Assembly (NCBI GenBank): GCA_035913415.1
Contig: JAMIIV010000004.1
Coordinates: 57,767-121,766, forward strand
Source: Fibrobacteria bacterium
GTDB lineage: Bacteria > Fibrobacterota > Fibrobacteria > UBA5070
DNA length: 64,000 nucleotides
Direction: 5' to 3'
Numbering within the stretch: position 1 is the first letter of the stretch; every line of letters starts with the position of its first letter. This document shows positions 49,822 to 59,650 of this stretch, in pieces. Made by a program: the position numbers and the translations under genes. The notes beneath the pieces are model-generated. The model searched no databases. It worked only from the letters and a program-made list of their open reading frames with translations, and had not been told where the DNA came from.

Positions 49822-50262
49822 TCAGACGTTTTCCGTCTCGGCCGGTGCACCCAGGATCTCCGGGAGCCTGGGGTGGGGACGCCGCGGACGGCCCCCCGGA
49901 CCCATGCAGACGTGCACGGTGTGTCCGCTCGAGAGCAAGGTGTCGCCGTGGCCGACGCGCACCACCTGGTAGTCGAAGCGAAAGCGCAGGCCGTCCAGCA
50001 TGCGGCCGGTCATGAGCACTTCGACCTCGTCGCCGTAGCGGGCGGGCGAGGTGTAGTCGCAGTGGGCCGACAGGACCGGGATCGCGAAGCCGTCGCGCTC
50101 CAGGCCGGCGTAGGGAAGCCCCCACGATTCGAGCGCTTCGGTGCGGGCGACCTCGAACCACACGAGATGGTTGGCGTAGTACACGAACCCCATCTGGTCG
50201 GTCTCGGCGTAGCGGACGCGGATGCGCGTGGTGTACCGGCGCCCGGCGGGCAGCAGGGTCAT
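49822..50262 (-). CDS. 4HBT/YbgC-family acyl-CoA thioesterase
   Basis: Internal Met MTLLPAGRRYTTRIRVRYAETDQMGFVYYANHLVWFEVAR is a hot-dog-fold signature. ATGA overlap with the regulator gene stop. Confidence 0.75.
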   Translation of the reverse strand: MTLLPAGRRYTTRIRVRYAETDQMGFVYYANHLVWFEVARTEALESWGLPYAGLERDGFAIPVLSAHCDYTSPARYGDEVEVLMTGRMLDGLRFRFDYQVVRVGHGDTLLSSGHTVHVCMGPGGRPRRPHPRLPEILGAPAETENV

Positions 50263-51743
50263 TCGTCGTCGCCGGAGAAGCGGGTCATGCCCAGGTCGCG
50301 GATCTTCTGCTGCAGGCTCTGGCGGTGCATCTCCAACGTGGCGGCGGCGCGGCTGACGTTGCCTCCCGATTTTTCCAGATGCATCTGGATGAAGCGACGT
50401 TCGAAGTCGTCGACCACCAGCGCCTTGGCCTCCCGGAACGGCAGGTCGCATCGGACCGGAGGCAGACCGAGCCAGCCGTCGGCGGCAGGTGGTGCCAAGC
50501 CGGGTGCGCCGGAATCCGGGGGAGCGGGCAGATCGGCCAAATCGGGCAACCCCGCCGCATCCGTCACTCCCGGGGGGCATGGTCCGACCACCGAGGCGGG
50601 CAGTCCCAACACCTCCGGGCCCACTTCCGTGGAGCGTGCCAGCACGCTGGCCCGTTCCACGACGTTGCGCAGCTCGCGCACGTTCCCGGGCCAGTCGTAG
50701 GCCAGCAGGGCTTTCTCGGCGCGCGCGGCAAAACGCAGCGGGCGCTGCCCCGCGTAGTGGGCCAGGAAGGCGCGGGCCAGGAGCAGGACGTCTTCGCCGC
50801 GTTCGCGCAGGGCGGGAAGCCGCACCACCAGCACTTCCAGGCGGTAGCGGAGGTCGTCGCGGAAACGTCCTTCCTGCCCCATGGCCTGGAGGTCGCGGTG
50901 GGTGGCGGCCACCACGCGCAGGTCCACTTCCACCGGCTGGGTGGATCCCACGGGCTCGACCTGACGTTCCTCGAGCACCCGCAGCAGGCGCGTCTGGGCT
51001 TCCAGAGGCATGTCGCCGATTTCATCCAGGAAAAGGGTGCCACCTTCGGCCTGGCGGACCTTTCCGATCTTGGCGGTCAGCGCCCCGGTGAAGGCGCCTT
51101 TTTCGTGCCCGAACAGTTCGGCCTCGATGAGCGAAGAGGGAAGCGCGCCGCAATTGACCGCCACAAACGGCCCCTTGCGGCCCGAAAGCTCGTGGAGCCG
51201 CCGTGCGACCAGCTCCTTGCCCGTTCCGGATTCGCCCAGAAGCAGCACGCTGGCCGATGCCGGACCCATCAAGGTCACGTCTTCCAGCAGGCGCCTCATG
51301 GCGGGGCTTTCCCCCAGCACGCCCAGGCGCGGCCGTCGCGAGTCGAGTTCTTCGCGCAGGCGTTCGGATTCGGCACGGGAACGGGCGAAGGCGGCGGCGC
51401 GCTCCAGGACCATCACCAGTTCGTCGGGGTCGGCGGGTTTGATCAGATAATCGTGGGCGCCGCGGCGCATCGCCTCGACGGCGATCTTCTCGCTGCCTTG
51501 GGCGGTGAACAGCACCACCGGTGGGGCCGACGGGCGCTGGGACAAGACCGACAACACACTCAGGCCGTCCATCCCTCCCATCTGGAAATCCAGCAGCACG
51601 GCATCGAAGGGCCGGGCCGCGGTGACCTTCAGACACTCCTCGCCGGATCCGGCCTCGACCACCTCGTGCCCGGCGGAGGTCAGCAGACGCCGGGCGCCGT
51701 AGCGGGCGGCGGGTTCGTCGTCGACGACAAGAAATCGGCTCAT
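50259..51743 (-). CDS. sigma-54-dependent two-component response regulator (NtrC family)
   Basis: Receiver domain MSRFLVVDDEP. AAA+ motifs GESGTGKE and GAFTGA. C-terminal HTH. GGGAG ribosome-binding site before the second ATG. Confidence 0.85.
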   Translation of the reverse strand: MSRFLVVDDEPAARYGARRLLTSAGHEVVEAGSGEECLKVTAARPFDAVLLDFQMGGMDGLSVLSVLSQRPSAPPVVLFTAQGSEKIAVEAMRRGAHDYLIKPADPDELVMVLERAAAFARSRAESERLREELDSRRPRLGVLGESPAMRRLLEDVTLMGPASASVLLLGESGTGKELVARRLHELSGRKGPFVAVNCGALPSSLIEAELFGHEKGAFTGALTAKIGKVRQAEGGTLFLDEIGDMPLEAQTRLLRVLEERQVEPVGSTQPVEVDLRVVAATHRDLQAMGQEGRFRDDLRYRLEVLVVRLPALRERGEDVLLLARAFLAHYAGQRPLRFAARAEKALLAYDWPGNVRELRNVVERASVLARSTEVGPEVLGLPASVVGPCPPGVTDAAGLPDLADLPAPPDSGAPGLAPPAADGWLGLPPVRCDLPFREAKALVVDDFERRFIQMHLEKSGGNVSRAAATLEMHRQSLQQKIRDLGMTRFSGDDE

Positions 51744-53725
51744 GGACGCTCCCAAAACAGGCGGAAGACCGTGCGACCGGGTTCACCCAGGTGGACAACG
51801 CGTCCTTGGGCCTCCTCGGCGCGCTTGCGGCAAATGTAAAGCCCCAGTCCGGTACCTCCTCGCGAGGCCAGCGGGCGGAACAGGCGGGGACGGAAATCGT
51901 CGGGGATCTCGCCATCGTTGGACACCGAAAGGGACGGGCCGTCGGCCGAGAGTTCGATCCGCACGACCGACCCATGTGGCGCGTGCTGCAAGGCGTTGAG
52001 CACCAGGTTGAAGACCACGGCCTTGATGTCGTTTTCCGACATCGGCATGGGGACCGCGCCGTCGGGACAGGAGAGCTCCAGGCGGATGCCCCGACTGCGG
52101 GATTCCTGGTCGAGCAGGCCGCAGACCGAGCGCAATGTGGCCACGGCGTCTTCGCAGGTCTCGCGGTCGCGGGCGAAGTGGAGCATGCGTCGGACGGTGG
52201 CGTCCAGCCGGTCTACCTCCGAGGCGATCATCGCGAGATCCTCGCGGAGCACAGATCCCTCCGGCGCTTCCCGCCCGGCGGCGTGGGCGATGTTGCGGAT
52301 GGCCGAGAGGGGATTCTTGATCTCGTGGGCGGCCGAGGCCGAAAGCAGGCCGAGCATCGCCAGGCGCTCGCCTTCCTGCAGCCGGCGTTCGGTCTCGAGG
52401 CTGCGCTGGAGCTCGGCGCGGGAGTCCAGGGCCGACTGCAGGCTGCCCAGCACGCCGGAAAGCCGCGCGTAGACCTCCGCCGGCAGGCGCGAGGCCTTGC
52501 GGCTGGCGCCCAGGACGATGGCGATGTCGGGGGGGGCTTGGTCGCCGCCTTCCGGGCGCAGGCGCACGGGAAGCAGAAGCCTGCCTCCGAGCTCCTCCCA
52601 GGCGAAGGTGGTCTCGCGGTCCTTGGCGCGGCGCAGCGAGGCGACGCGGCGCGGGCCGCCGTCGCGCAGGATGGTGGCCACGGCGGGGCGCGAGGCGTCC
52701 AGCACCGCCGTCGGGCAAGACAGAATCCGTCCGAGGCATCGGGCGACGAACGAGGGGAGGTCGGTGGGGAGACGCCGGCCGCGCAGCCGTTCCTCGAGGG
52801 CCGAAAGGGCCTTGCCCTCGCGCTGGAGTCGCCAATTGAGCGCGTGCGAGAGCGTGTGCACGGCCACCGCGGGCAAGGGGCCCAGCAGCAGGAAGAACCC
52901 GACACCGGCCATGACCAGGGTGGCCATGCGGTCGAGGGCGGTGCCGGGGAAGAGGAACTTGTGCACCATGAACGCGGTGAACGGAAGCGCGAAGGACAGC
53001 GATCGCCACAGCGAAGCGCGGGTCACTTCCAGGGCCACGGTCCGGGTGCGGTAGGCCACCAGCAGCAGCGCGGCGGGGGGCAGCAGGTGGGCGAGATCGA
53101 ACAGCAGGACCCACTTGACCTCCTGGGCGCGGTAGCCGCCCTGCATCATCTTGGCCGCCAGCGACCCGACCAGCAGGGCGCCGCTCCACCACAAGGCCTT
53201 CTCCATGGGGGCCGCGACCTTGTGGCCCACGACGGGAATGCGGTGCGCGGCCCGTCGCAGGAGAAGCGCCCCGGCGAAGCAATGGAGGGCATCCGACAGC
53301 AGGAACAGGCGGACCAGGTCCTCGATGTTGCGCAGGAAGCTGTTCATGGGCCCCGAGGCGATGGGGCCGAACCCTGTGGCGATGAACAGGGCGGGGATCA
53401 CGTACCACACAAAAGGCGGGACGCGGCGCATCTGGGTCCAGACCGCCAACCCGTGCAGGAGCATCCCCGCCTGGATGTTGAGCAGGCTTCCCTTCAGGAT
53501 GTCCAGGCACATCGAGAACACCGGGAAACGCCCGATGTCGAGGGATTCGAGATTCAGCGTGATGAATGTGAGGGCGTACCAGGTGGACCAGCAGAGGGTC
53601 CATCCGAACAGGATGGGGTTGTACCAGAGGGCGGCGGTATGGCGCGAGCGCGCCGAACCGGCATGCACGTGGGCCAGAGCGCCCGCGGCGACCAGGATCA
53701 GCTCCAGGAGCTGCGCGGTGTTCAT
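51740..53725 (-). CDS. sensor histidine kinase with 7TM receptor domain
   Basis: Seven N-terminal TM helices, H-box HEIKNPLSAI, and an HATPase_c domain. ATGA overlap with the regulator gene start. Confidence 0.8.
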   Translation of the reverse strand: MNTAQLLELILVAAGALAHVHAGSARSRHTAALWYNPILFGWTLCWSTWYALTFITLNLESLDIGRFPVFSMCLDILKGSLLNIQAGMLLHGLAVWTQMRRVPPFVWYVIPALFIATGFGPIASGPMNSFLRNIEDLVRLFLLSDALHCFAGALLLRRAAHRIPVVGHKVAAPMEKALWWSGALLVGSLAAKMMQGGYRAQEVKWVLLFDLAHLLPPAALLLVAYRTRTVALEVTRASLWRSLSFALPFTAFMVHKFLFPGTALDRMATLVMAGVGFFLLLGPLPAVAVHTLSHALNWRLQREGKALSALEERLRGRRLPTDLPSFVARCLGRILSCPTAVLDASRPAVATILRDGGPRRVASLRRAKDRETTFAWEELGGRLLLPVRLRPEGGDQAPPDIAIVLGASRKASRLPAEVYARLSGVLGSLQSALDSRAELQRSLETERRLQEGERLAMLGLLSASAAHEIKNPLSAIRNIAHAAGREAPEGSVLREDLAMIASEVDRLDATVRRMLHFARDRETCEDAVATLRSVCGLLDQESRSRGIRLELSCPDGAVPMPMSENDIKAVVFNLVLNALQHAPHGSVVRIELSADGPSLSVSNDGEIPDDFRPRLFRPLASRGGTGLGLYICRKRAEEAQGRVVHLGEPGRTVFRLFWERP

Positions 53726-53755
53726 CGCCGGCCCCGGGCTGGTGTCAGGCCTGCG

Positions 53756-54466
53756 TCAGAAAGCGACGCCGGCCCCGATCTGCACGAAGTAGAAGCCGCC
53801 CCAATCGGAGGTGGTCTGGTAGCGTTCGAAGGATTCGCCGCGGCGGATCTCGAACTTCTGGGGAGCCGGAGCGTCCCACGAAGTGGTGTACCAGCCCACG
53901 GTGAATCCCATCTGGCCTTCCAGGATCCAGCGGCGACCGTAGATCTTCTGGATGCCCAGCACGGGAGAGATCTGGGGGCCCTGGACCGAAATCTCGGTGC
54001 TTCCCAAGAGCAGGGAGTCCGAGCCGTTGCTGCCCACCACGAAGATGGTCCGCGGCTGCCCGTCGAACAGCTTGGTGCCCATCTGGTAGTAGTACTGGGC
54101 TCCCATCTGGACGTACGAACCCGATCCCAGGCCCGAGTAGATGCGCCCGTACATGCCCACCGCGAAGCTGTTGGCCTTCACGGAATCCAGCCCCAGATAG
54201 GCGTTGGCGTAGGGGCCCCAGCCGAAGGTGCCCTGGGGACCGTCGACGAACTCGTAGCGGATCTCCTGGATGTCGATTCCGGGAACCCAGACGAGGTCGA
54301 CCTTGGGGCCTTCGTCGCGTTTGGTGGCGTCCATGCCACCGAAGACCTTCAGCGGGGAGACGACCACGCGGTGGTGGCGGTAGGTGTACTCACCGACGGG
54401 ATAGTCGTCGTACTGGGCGAAGGTCGCCGAGGCGAGGAAGGGCAGGACGAGGGCCAGGCGCTTCAT
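53756..54466 (-). CDS. outer-membrane beta-barrel protein (236 aa)
   Basis: Signal peptide MKRLALVLPFLASATFA. Alternating aromatic beta-strands with a C-terminal ...GAGVAF. Confidence 0.65.
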   Translation of the reverse strand: MKRLALVLPFLASATFAQYDDYPVGEYTYRHHRVVVSPLKVFGGMDATKRDEGPKVDLVWVPGIDIQEIRYEFVDGPQGTFGWGPYANAYLGLDSVKANSFAVGMYGRIYSGLGSGSYVQMGAQYYYQMGTKLFDGQPRTIFVVGSNGSDSLLLGSTEISVQGPQISPVLGIQKIYGRRWILEGQMGFTVGWYTTSWDAPAPQKFEIRRGESFERYQTTSDWGGFYFVQIGAGVAF

Positions 54467-54592
54467 GCGGAGACCTTTCCGGTGAAGAATCGATGCTGCG
54501 CCGTCTGTGGGCGCCGGGAATGGATGATTTTGCGGAAAGTAGGCTCCGCGAGGCGGCCGATCAAGTCGGGGGGCTTCTATATTCGGCAGATC

Positions 54593-56407
54593 ATGAGGAT
54601 TCCGTCCCGCTCGAGCGTGTATTTCACCCTCTCTTCCGTGCTAGTCCTGGTGTCGTTCGCGACGGCCGTGGGCCAGGCGGCGGGGACGGCCAGCTTCTAC
54701 CGTAGCGCCGACCGGCTCGGTCGGGTCTTGCAGCGCATCAACGACGCCTACGTCGAGGAGATCCCGCCGGACACCCTGGTCGACGCCGCCATCCGCGGTT
54801 TGTCCACGGTGCTGGATCCCCATACGTCGTATTTCGCCGAGAAGGAAGTCGACGACCTCAAGGTCCACACCGAGGGTGAGTTCGGCGGACTGGGCATCAC
54901 CATCGGGGTGCGCGAGAACGTGCTTACGGTGATCTCGCCGCTGGACGGCACACCCGCCCAGCGCATGGGCATCCAGGCCGGAGACCGCATCGTCGAGATC
55001 GACGGCAAGAGCACGCGCGGCATCACCGTCGACGACGCCGTGAGCAAGCTGCGCGGCAAACCTGGCACCAAGGTGACCATCAAGATCTGGCGCACGGGTT
55101 TGGCCGAGGCCCTGCCCTTCGCGATCACCCGCGAGGTCATCAAGATCGAGTCGGTGCCGTACTCGGGAATGCTGCCCGGCAAGGTGGGGTACATCAAGCT
55201 GGTGCAGTTCGCCAAGCCCACCGCCGAAGATGTCGAGAAGGCCTTGCGCAAATTGAAGGCCGAAGGCGCCGCTTCGTACATCCTCGATCTGCGTTTCAAT
55301 CCGGGCGGCCTCCTGAACCAGGCCGTCGAGATCAGTGAGCTCTTCTTGCCGGCCGGCCGGGTGATCGTTTCCACCAAGGGGCGCATCACCAGCCAGAATT
55401 CCGAGCTTGCCTCGGGTCGCCCACCTGTCATCGACACCACGGTCCCGCTGGTGGTCCTGGTCAACGGCGGATCCGCCTCGGCCTCCGAAATCGTCGCCGG
55501 CGCCATCCAGGACTGGGATCGCGGCATCGTGCTGGGCACCCAGTCCTTCGGCAAGGGCTCCGTCCAGACGCTGTTGCCCATGGACCAGAAGCATCTGCTC
55601 AAGCTGACCATGGCCCTGTATTACACCCCCAGCGGGCGGTGCATCAACAAGCGTGAAAATTCCGTGCGCTGGAACCGCGATTCGGCCAAGGAGCCCGACA
55701 CCACCGCGGCCAAGGCTCCGGCCATGGACGAAGACCTCGGATTGGAATTCGACGACGGCTCGGCCCCCGACACCACCCTCGACACCACCGGACACAAGTC
55801 GTTCCGGACCCTGGTGCTGGGACGCAAGGTCTGGGATGCCGGCGGCATCCTGCCCGACGTGCGCGTGCAGGGGCGGCGCCTGAACATCTGGCAGCAGGAC
55901 ATCGAGCGCAAGAACCTCTTCTTCCGCTGGGCCATCCAGGCGCGCCAGAAGATTGAAGCCAAGCGCAAGGTCGATTCGTCCTTCCGGGCCACGGACGCCA
56001 TGATCGACGACTTCCGCGGCTTCCTGGCCAAGGACTCCGTCAAGTTCGTGTTCGACTCGCCGCAACTGCGCCTGCTCAAGGAAATGCGCAAGCTGGCGCG
56101 GCAGGATTCCGCCCGCGGAGACAACCTCTCCAAGGCCGATCGCGATCTCTTCCGCACGCGCCTGGACGCTCTGGACGAGGCCATCCGCAAGTCGGGGGAA
56201 AGCCTCTTCGACGCCAACCGCGAATACGTCCGCGAGGGACTCACGCGGGAAATCCTGATGGCCTCCGGTGGTGTCGCCGGGGTCACGCCCTTCCAGTTGG
56301 AGCGCGACCCCCAGGTGATCGCCGCGTTGCAACTGCTCAAGGATTCGGCCCGGTACCGCTCCATCCTGTCCCGCCCCGCATCGGCTCCGGCCGCGCCGAG
56401 CAAATGA
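54593..56407 (+). CDS. ctp: carboxyl-terminal processing protease (S41 family, PDZ domain)
   Basis: Internal Met MRIPSRSSVYFTLSSVLVLVSFATA (signal peptide). PDZ domain plus the GGSASASEIVAGA catalytic-Ser motif. Only the C-terminal third of the 1538-aa ORF is real. Confidence 0.85.
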   Translation: MRIPSRSSVYFTLSSVLVLVSFATAVGQAAGTASFYRSADRLGRVLQRINDAYVEEIPPDTLVDAAIRGLSTVLDPHTSYFAEKEVDDLKVHTEGEFGGLGITIGVRENVLTVISPLDGTPAQRMGIQAGDRIVEIDGKSTRGITVDDAVSKLRGKPGTKVTIKIWRTGLAEALPFAITREVIKIESVPYSGMLPGKVGYIKLVQFAKPTAEDVEKALRKLKAEGAASYILDLRFNPGGLLNQAVEISELFLPAGRVIVSTKGRITSQNSELASGRPPVIDTTVPLVVLVNGGSASASEIVAGAIQDWDRGIVLGTQSFGKGSVQTLLPMDQKHLLKLTMALYYTPSGRCINKRENSVRWNRDSAKEPDTTAAKAPAMDEDLGLEFDDGSAPDTTLDTTGHKSFRTLVLGRKVWDAGGILPDVRVQGRRLNIWQQDIERKNLFFRWAIQARQKIEAKRKVDSSFRATDAMIDDFRGFLAKDSVKFVFDSPQLRLLKEMRKLARQDSARGDNLSKADRDLFRTRLDALDEAIRKSGESLFDANREYVREGLTREILMASGGVAGVTPFQLERDPQVIAALQLLKDSARYRSILSRPASAPAAPSK

Positions 56408-57318
56408 GCTGGCTCGACAAGATTCGCGAGGGCCTCGGGCGCACCCGCGAGGCCCTGGTTCGCAGCGTTCGTGCCGGATTCGGGGCCGGCAAGATCGACG
56501 ATGCCCTGCTGGAAGACCTCACCGAGCGCCTGATTCGCGCCGACGTGGGTCCCGAAACGTCCGACGAGCTTGCCGAGCGGCTGCGCCAGAAGGCGTGGGG
56601 ACGATCGTACGGAAATGCCGACGAACTCCTGAAGTGGCTCGAAGAATGTGCTCGCGAGATGCTCGACCACCAGCGCCCTCCCGATTTGCCACCGGGCCTT
56701 CAGGTGGTCGCGATCATCGGGGTCAACGGCGCCGGCAAGACCACCACCATCGGCAAGTTGGCCGCACGCTACAAGGCCCAAGGGCGCAAGGTGCTGGTGG
56801 GGGCCTGCGACACTTTCCGCGCGGCGGCCGTCGACCAGCTCGAAGCCTGGTGCCAGCGTGCCGACGTCCCCTGTGTGCGCCAGCAACCGGGAGCCGATCC
56901 CGCGGCAGTTGCGTTTGATGCCGTCGCGGCGGCTCGCACCCGTGGGTGCGACCTGGTGCTCCTGGATACCGCCGGTCGCCTGCAGAATCGCGCCGACCTC
57001 ATGGCCGAACTCTCGAAGATCTTGCGGGTGGTGGCCAAACACGACCCCTCTTTCCCCCAGCACACTTGGCTGGTCCTGGACGGCAATACCGGGCAGAATG
57101 CGGTCAGCCAGGCACGTTTGTTCCACGAAACCGCGCGGTTGACGGGCATCATCGTCACCAAGCTGGACGGAACGGCCAAAGGCGGCGCCATCCTCAGCTT
57201 GCGGAAAGTGGTCCCCGCGCCGGTGCTCTTCTTGGGCATGGGCGAGAAGATCGACGACCTCGTGCCTTTTGATCCGGATGAATACGTGGATGGCCTGTTC
57301 GAGGATGCCGCGGCGTGA
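56404..57318 (+). CDS. ftsY: signal recognition particle receptor FtsY (NG domain only)
   Basis: ATGA overlap with the ctp stop. GVNGAGKTTTIGKLA, DTAGR and TKLDG GTPase motifs. 304 aa. Confidence 0.9.
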   Translation: MSWLDKIREGLGRTREALVRSVRAGFGAGKIDDALLEDLTERLIRADVGPETSDELAERLRQKAWGRSYGNADELLKWLEECAREMLDHQRPPDLPPGLQVVAIIGVNGAGKTTTIGKLAARYKAQGRKVLVGACDTFRAAAVDQLEAWCQRADVPCVRQQPGADPAAVAFDAVAAARTRGCDLVLLDTAGRLQNRADLMAELSKILRVVAKHDPSFPQHTWLVLDGNTGQNAVSQARLFHETARLTGIIVTKLDGTAKGGAILSLRKVVPAPVLFLGMGEKIDDLVPFDPDEYVDGLFEDAAA

Positions 57319-57653
57319 AAGGCTGGGTCGTCTGCCTGTGTCTTCTGGTGTTCCTGGGAGGATGCAAGGTCAAGAATCCCCTGGCGCGCGACCGCGGGGC
57401 GGAAGTGGACGACATTGCTAGGTTGTTTGTTGCGCTGCGGATGGAGTCCCGATCCTGGGAAGGCCAGCCCGAACGCGCCCGTGCCGCTCGGGACAAGCTC
57501 CTGAACGACGCGGGGTTCACCCTTCCGGAATGGCGTCAGCGAGTCCGGAAGCTCCAGTCCGACCCCGATCTGTGGACTCCCTTCTGGGAACGCACCAAGC
57601 AGATCGCCGATTCGATCGAAACCCGAACCAAGACCAAACCGAAAGGATCCTGA
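57315..57653 (+). CDS. small lipoprotein (112 aa, GTG start)
   Basis: GTGA overlap with the ftsY stop. (M)KGWVVCLCLLVFLGGC lipobox. Confidence 0.5.
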   Translation: MKGWVVCLCLLVFLGGCKVKNPLARDRGAEVDDIARLFVALRMESRSWEGQPERARAARDKLLNDAGFTLPEWRQRVRKLQSDPDLWTPFWERTKQIADSIETRTKTKPKGS

Positions 57654-57655
57654 AA

Positions 57656-57982
57656 ATGGCCGGCAACGTCGCAGAATTCACCGATGCCAACTTCGAGGCC
57701 GAAGTCCTCCAGTCCTCCACCCCGGTCCTGGTCGACTTCTGGGCCCCTTGGTGCGGCCCCTGCCGCATGCTGGCTCCTTCCATCGAGCAGCTTTCCACCG
57801 AGTACGCGGGCAAGGTGAAGGTCGGCAAGCTCAACACCGACGACAACACCGATGTCGCCGCCAAGTTCGGCATCCGCTCCATTCCCACCCTGCTCATCTT
57901 CAAGGATGGCCAGGTCGTCAATCAGCTCGTCGGCGCCTTGCCCAAGGACAAGATCGCCGAGCAGATCGACCGCTCGATCTGA
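57656..57982 (+). CDS. trxA: thioredoxin
   Basis: Internal Met MAGNVAEFTDANFEAEVLQSSTPVLVDFWAPWCGPC (WCGPC active site). 108 aa. AAGGA ribosome-binding site. Confidence 0.9.
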   Translation: MAGNVAEFTDANFEAEVLQSSTPVLVDFWAPWCGPCRMLAPSIEQLSTEYAGKVKVGKLNTDDNTDVAAKFGIRSIPTLLIFKDGQVVNQLVGALPKDKIAEQIDRSI

Positions 57983-57984
57983 CC

Positions 57985-58575
57985 ATGACGGCCACGCAGG
58001 GAATGTTGTACGGAGGCATCGCCGCACTGGCCATCGGTGTGGCCGCGCTGATTGCCGCTCCGGCGATTTCTGCGCCTTCGGGATCGTCTCCTGCACCGGC
58101 CGTCGGGCAAACCAAGCCGTCGGCCGCCCAGGGGCCGGCCTTGAACACGGTACGCTGGAGCCGCCTGGATGCTGCCATGGAGCAAGCGGCCAAGTCGGGC
58201 AAGCCCATTTTTGTCACGGTCTACGCCGACTGGTGTGGGTACTGCAAGTTGCTCGACAAAACCACCTTCGTCGATGCGGGCGTGGTCCAGCTTCTGAACA
58301 ACGGATGGGTGGCGGCCAAACTCAACGGCGAGAGCCAGACCCCCCTCAAACTTCCCAAGGGCAGCCTGACCGAATCCCAATGGGCTTTGGGCAACGGGGT
58401 CCAGGGATTTCCCGCCAATTTCCTGCTCGACAGCAAAGGCAAGCCCTTCGCGGCGGTGCCAGGCTACATCGAGCCCCCGATGATGGCGCGACTGTTGAAA
58501 GACGGTCAAGCCTGGATCAAGGGCGGTGGGCAGGCCAAATTGGGTGATTTCTACGAGTGGGCCGAAAAGCGCTGA
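57985..58575 (+). CDS. thioredoxin-fold (DUF255-like) membrane/secreted protein with WCGYC motif
   Basis: Internal Met MTATQGML... with an N-terminal hydrophobic segment. VYADWCGYCKLLDK thioredoxin-like CxxC motif. Confidence 0.6.
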   Translation: MTATQGMLYGGIAALAIGVAALIAAPAISAPSGSSPAPAVGQTKPSAAQGPALNTVRWSRLDAAMEQAAKSGKPIFVTVYADWCGYCKLLDKTTFVDAGVVQLLNNGWVAAKLNGESQTPLKLPKGSLTESQWALGNGVQGFPANFLLDSKGKPFAAVPGYIEPPMMARLLKDGQAWIKGGGQAKLGDFYEWAEKR

Positions 58576-58652
58576 GCCAGCGCCGGCCTGCATGAACAGG
58601 GCCAACTCGTTGTCGGTTCCGGGGTTAGCGGAGAGCATCTGCAAGCTTCGGG

Positions 58653-58681
58653 GTTGACGAAACGCCACAGGACGGGTACAT
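58653..58681 (+). promoter_or_regulatory. sigma-70-type promoter for rpmH: TTGACG - 17 bp - TACATT
   Basis: Read from the sequence. About 33 nt upstream of the rpmH ATG, which has a GGAG ribosome-binding site. Confidence 0.45.
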
Positions 58682-58713
58682 TCCCCATCCTTCTTAGAAC
58701 TTCGGAGTAGATC

Positions 58714-58860
58714 ATGAAGAGGACGTTCCAGCCCCACAATCGCAAGCGGATCAACAAGCACGGTTTCCGCCTGCGCATGTCCACCAAGAATGGACGCAAG
58801 GTTCTCGCTGCCCGTCGCGCCAAAGGTCGTCACAAGCTGACGGTCTCCGACGAGGTCTGA
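58714..58860 (+). CDS. rpmH: 50S ribosomal protein L34
   Basis: [48 protein letters not shown] is the canonical L34 sequence. Below the ORF-track size cutoff. Confidence 0.85.
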   Translation: MKRTFQPHNRKRINKHGFRLRMSTKNGRKVLAARRAKGRHKLTVSDEV

Positions 58861-58916
58861 TCCTGACGAATCCCGGCGAGGGCGCAATCCCTGTCGGGAC
58901 CTCGGAGGGCACCCCG

Positions 58917-59312
58917 GTGTCCTCCTCGATCGAGGCGTCGCAAGAGCCGTTCGGGATTACCCTGGCGTCTTGGCGTCCTCCGGATCGCAAGTCGTGGTCG
59001 CGCCTGGGGCGTAGTTCTTCCCGCCTGCGCGAGGGAGAGCTCGAGCTCAAATGGATCGCCAAGGCTCCCGATGGTCTGCAGCACATGGCTGTGCGTCTCA
59101 AGCGCAAGGTCGGGTCTGCGCCGTTGCGCAACAGGGTCCGCCGTGTCCTGCGCGAACTGCACCGCGAGAAGGCCGCCGAAATCGGCGCCGTCTGGATGTT
59201 GTGGAGTCTCCCCTCCGGGAGTCTGCGCATGCCCACGCGCGCGATTCGCCCGCTCGCCGAAGGAATCCTGGTGAAGGCCGGCCTGCTGGGGGCCAGCAGG
59301 ACACAGAAGTGA
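58917..59312 (+). CDS. rnpA: ribonuclease P protein component
   Basis: GTG start after [27 protein letters not shown] matches the RnpA RNR motif. Confidence 0.8.
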   Translation: MSSSIEASQEPFGITLASWRPPDRKSWSRLGRSSSRLREGELELKWIAKAPDGLQHMAVRLKRKVGSAPLRNRVRRVLRELHREKAAEIGAVWMLWSLPSGSLRMPTRAIRPLAEGILVKAGLLGASRTQK

Positions 59313-59536
59313 AGGTGCTGTTGCTGGGGGTGTTGCGCGGGTACCGCTGGTTCCGCCCCGCCTTGGGTCCGGCGCGCTGCCGCTTCCACCCCAGTTGCTC
59401 GCATTACGCGCTCGAAGCGGTCGAGCGCCACGGTGCGCTGGTGGGGTCCAGACTCGCGTTGGTGCGGTTGGTCAAGTGCCATCCGTTCCATCCGGGAGGC
59501 TTCGATCCGGTACCCGATCGGCCCTCGGGAAGCTAG
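59309..59536 (+). CDS. yidD: membrane protein insertion efficiency factor YidD
   Basis: GTGA overlap with the rnpA stop. [19 protein letters not shown]...CHPF conserved-Cys motif. 75 aa. Confidence 0.8.
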   Translation: MKVLLLGVLRGYRWFRPALGPARCRFHPSCSHYALEAVERHGALVGSRLALVRLVKCHPFHPGGFDPVPDRPSGS

Positions 59537-59650
59537 GTTGCATCGTCTGTTGGGAATCAATCCAGCCTGGAGCCCGCCCGCGACGACGAGGCCGGCGCAC
59601 ACGATGCGCCGCCAGGGGGCACCAGGAACAAGCGTGATGGGAAAGGGAAC

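Noticed and set aside
54467-54592. sigma-54 promoter upstream of ctp or of the OMP gene
   Set aside because: Candidate TGG...TGC stretches have the wrong GG-GC spacing (8 or 14 nt).
51791-56407. 1538-aa plus-strand ORF
   Set aside because: The first ~930 codons are the antisense shadow of the histidine-kinase and response-regulator genes. Only the Ctp protease portion from MRIPSRSS... (54593) is real.
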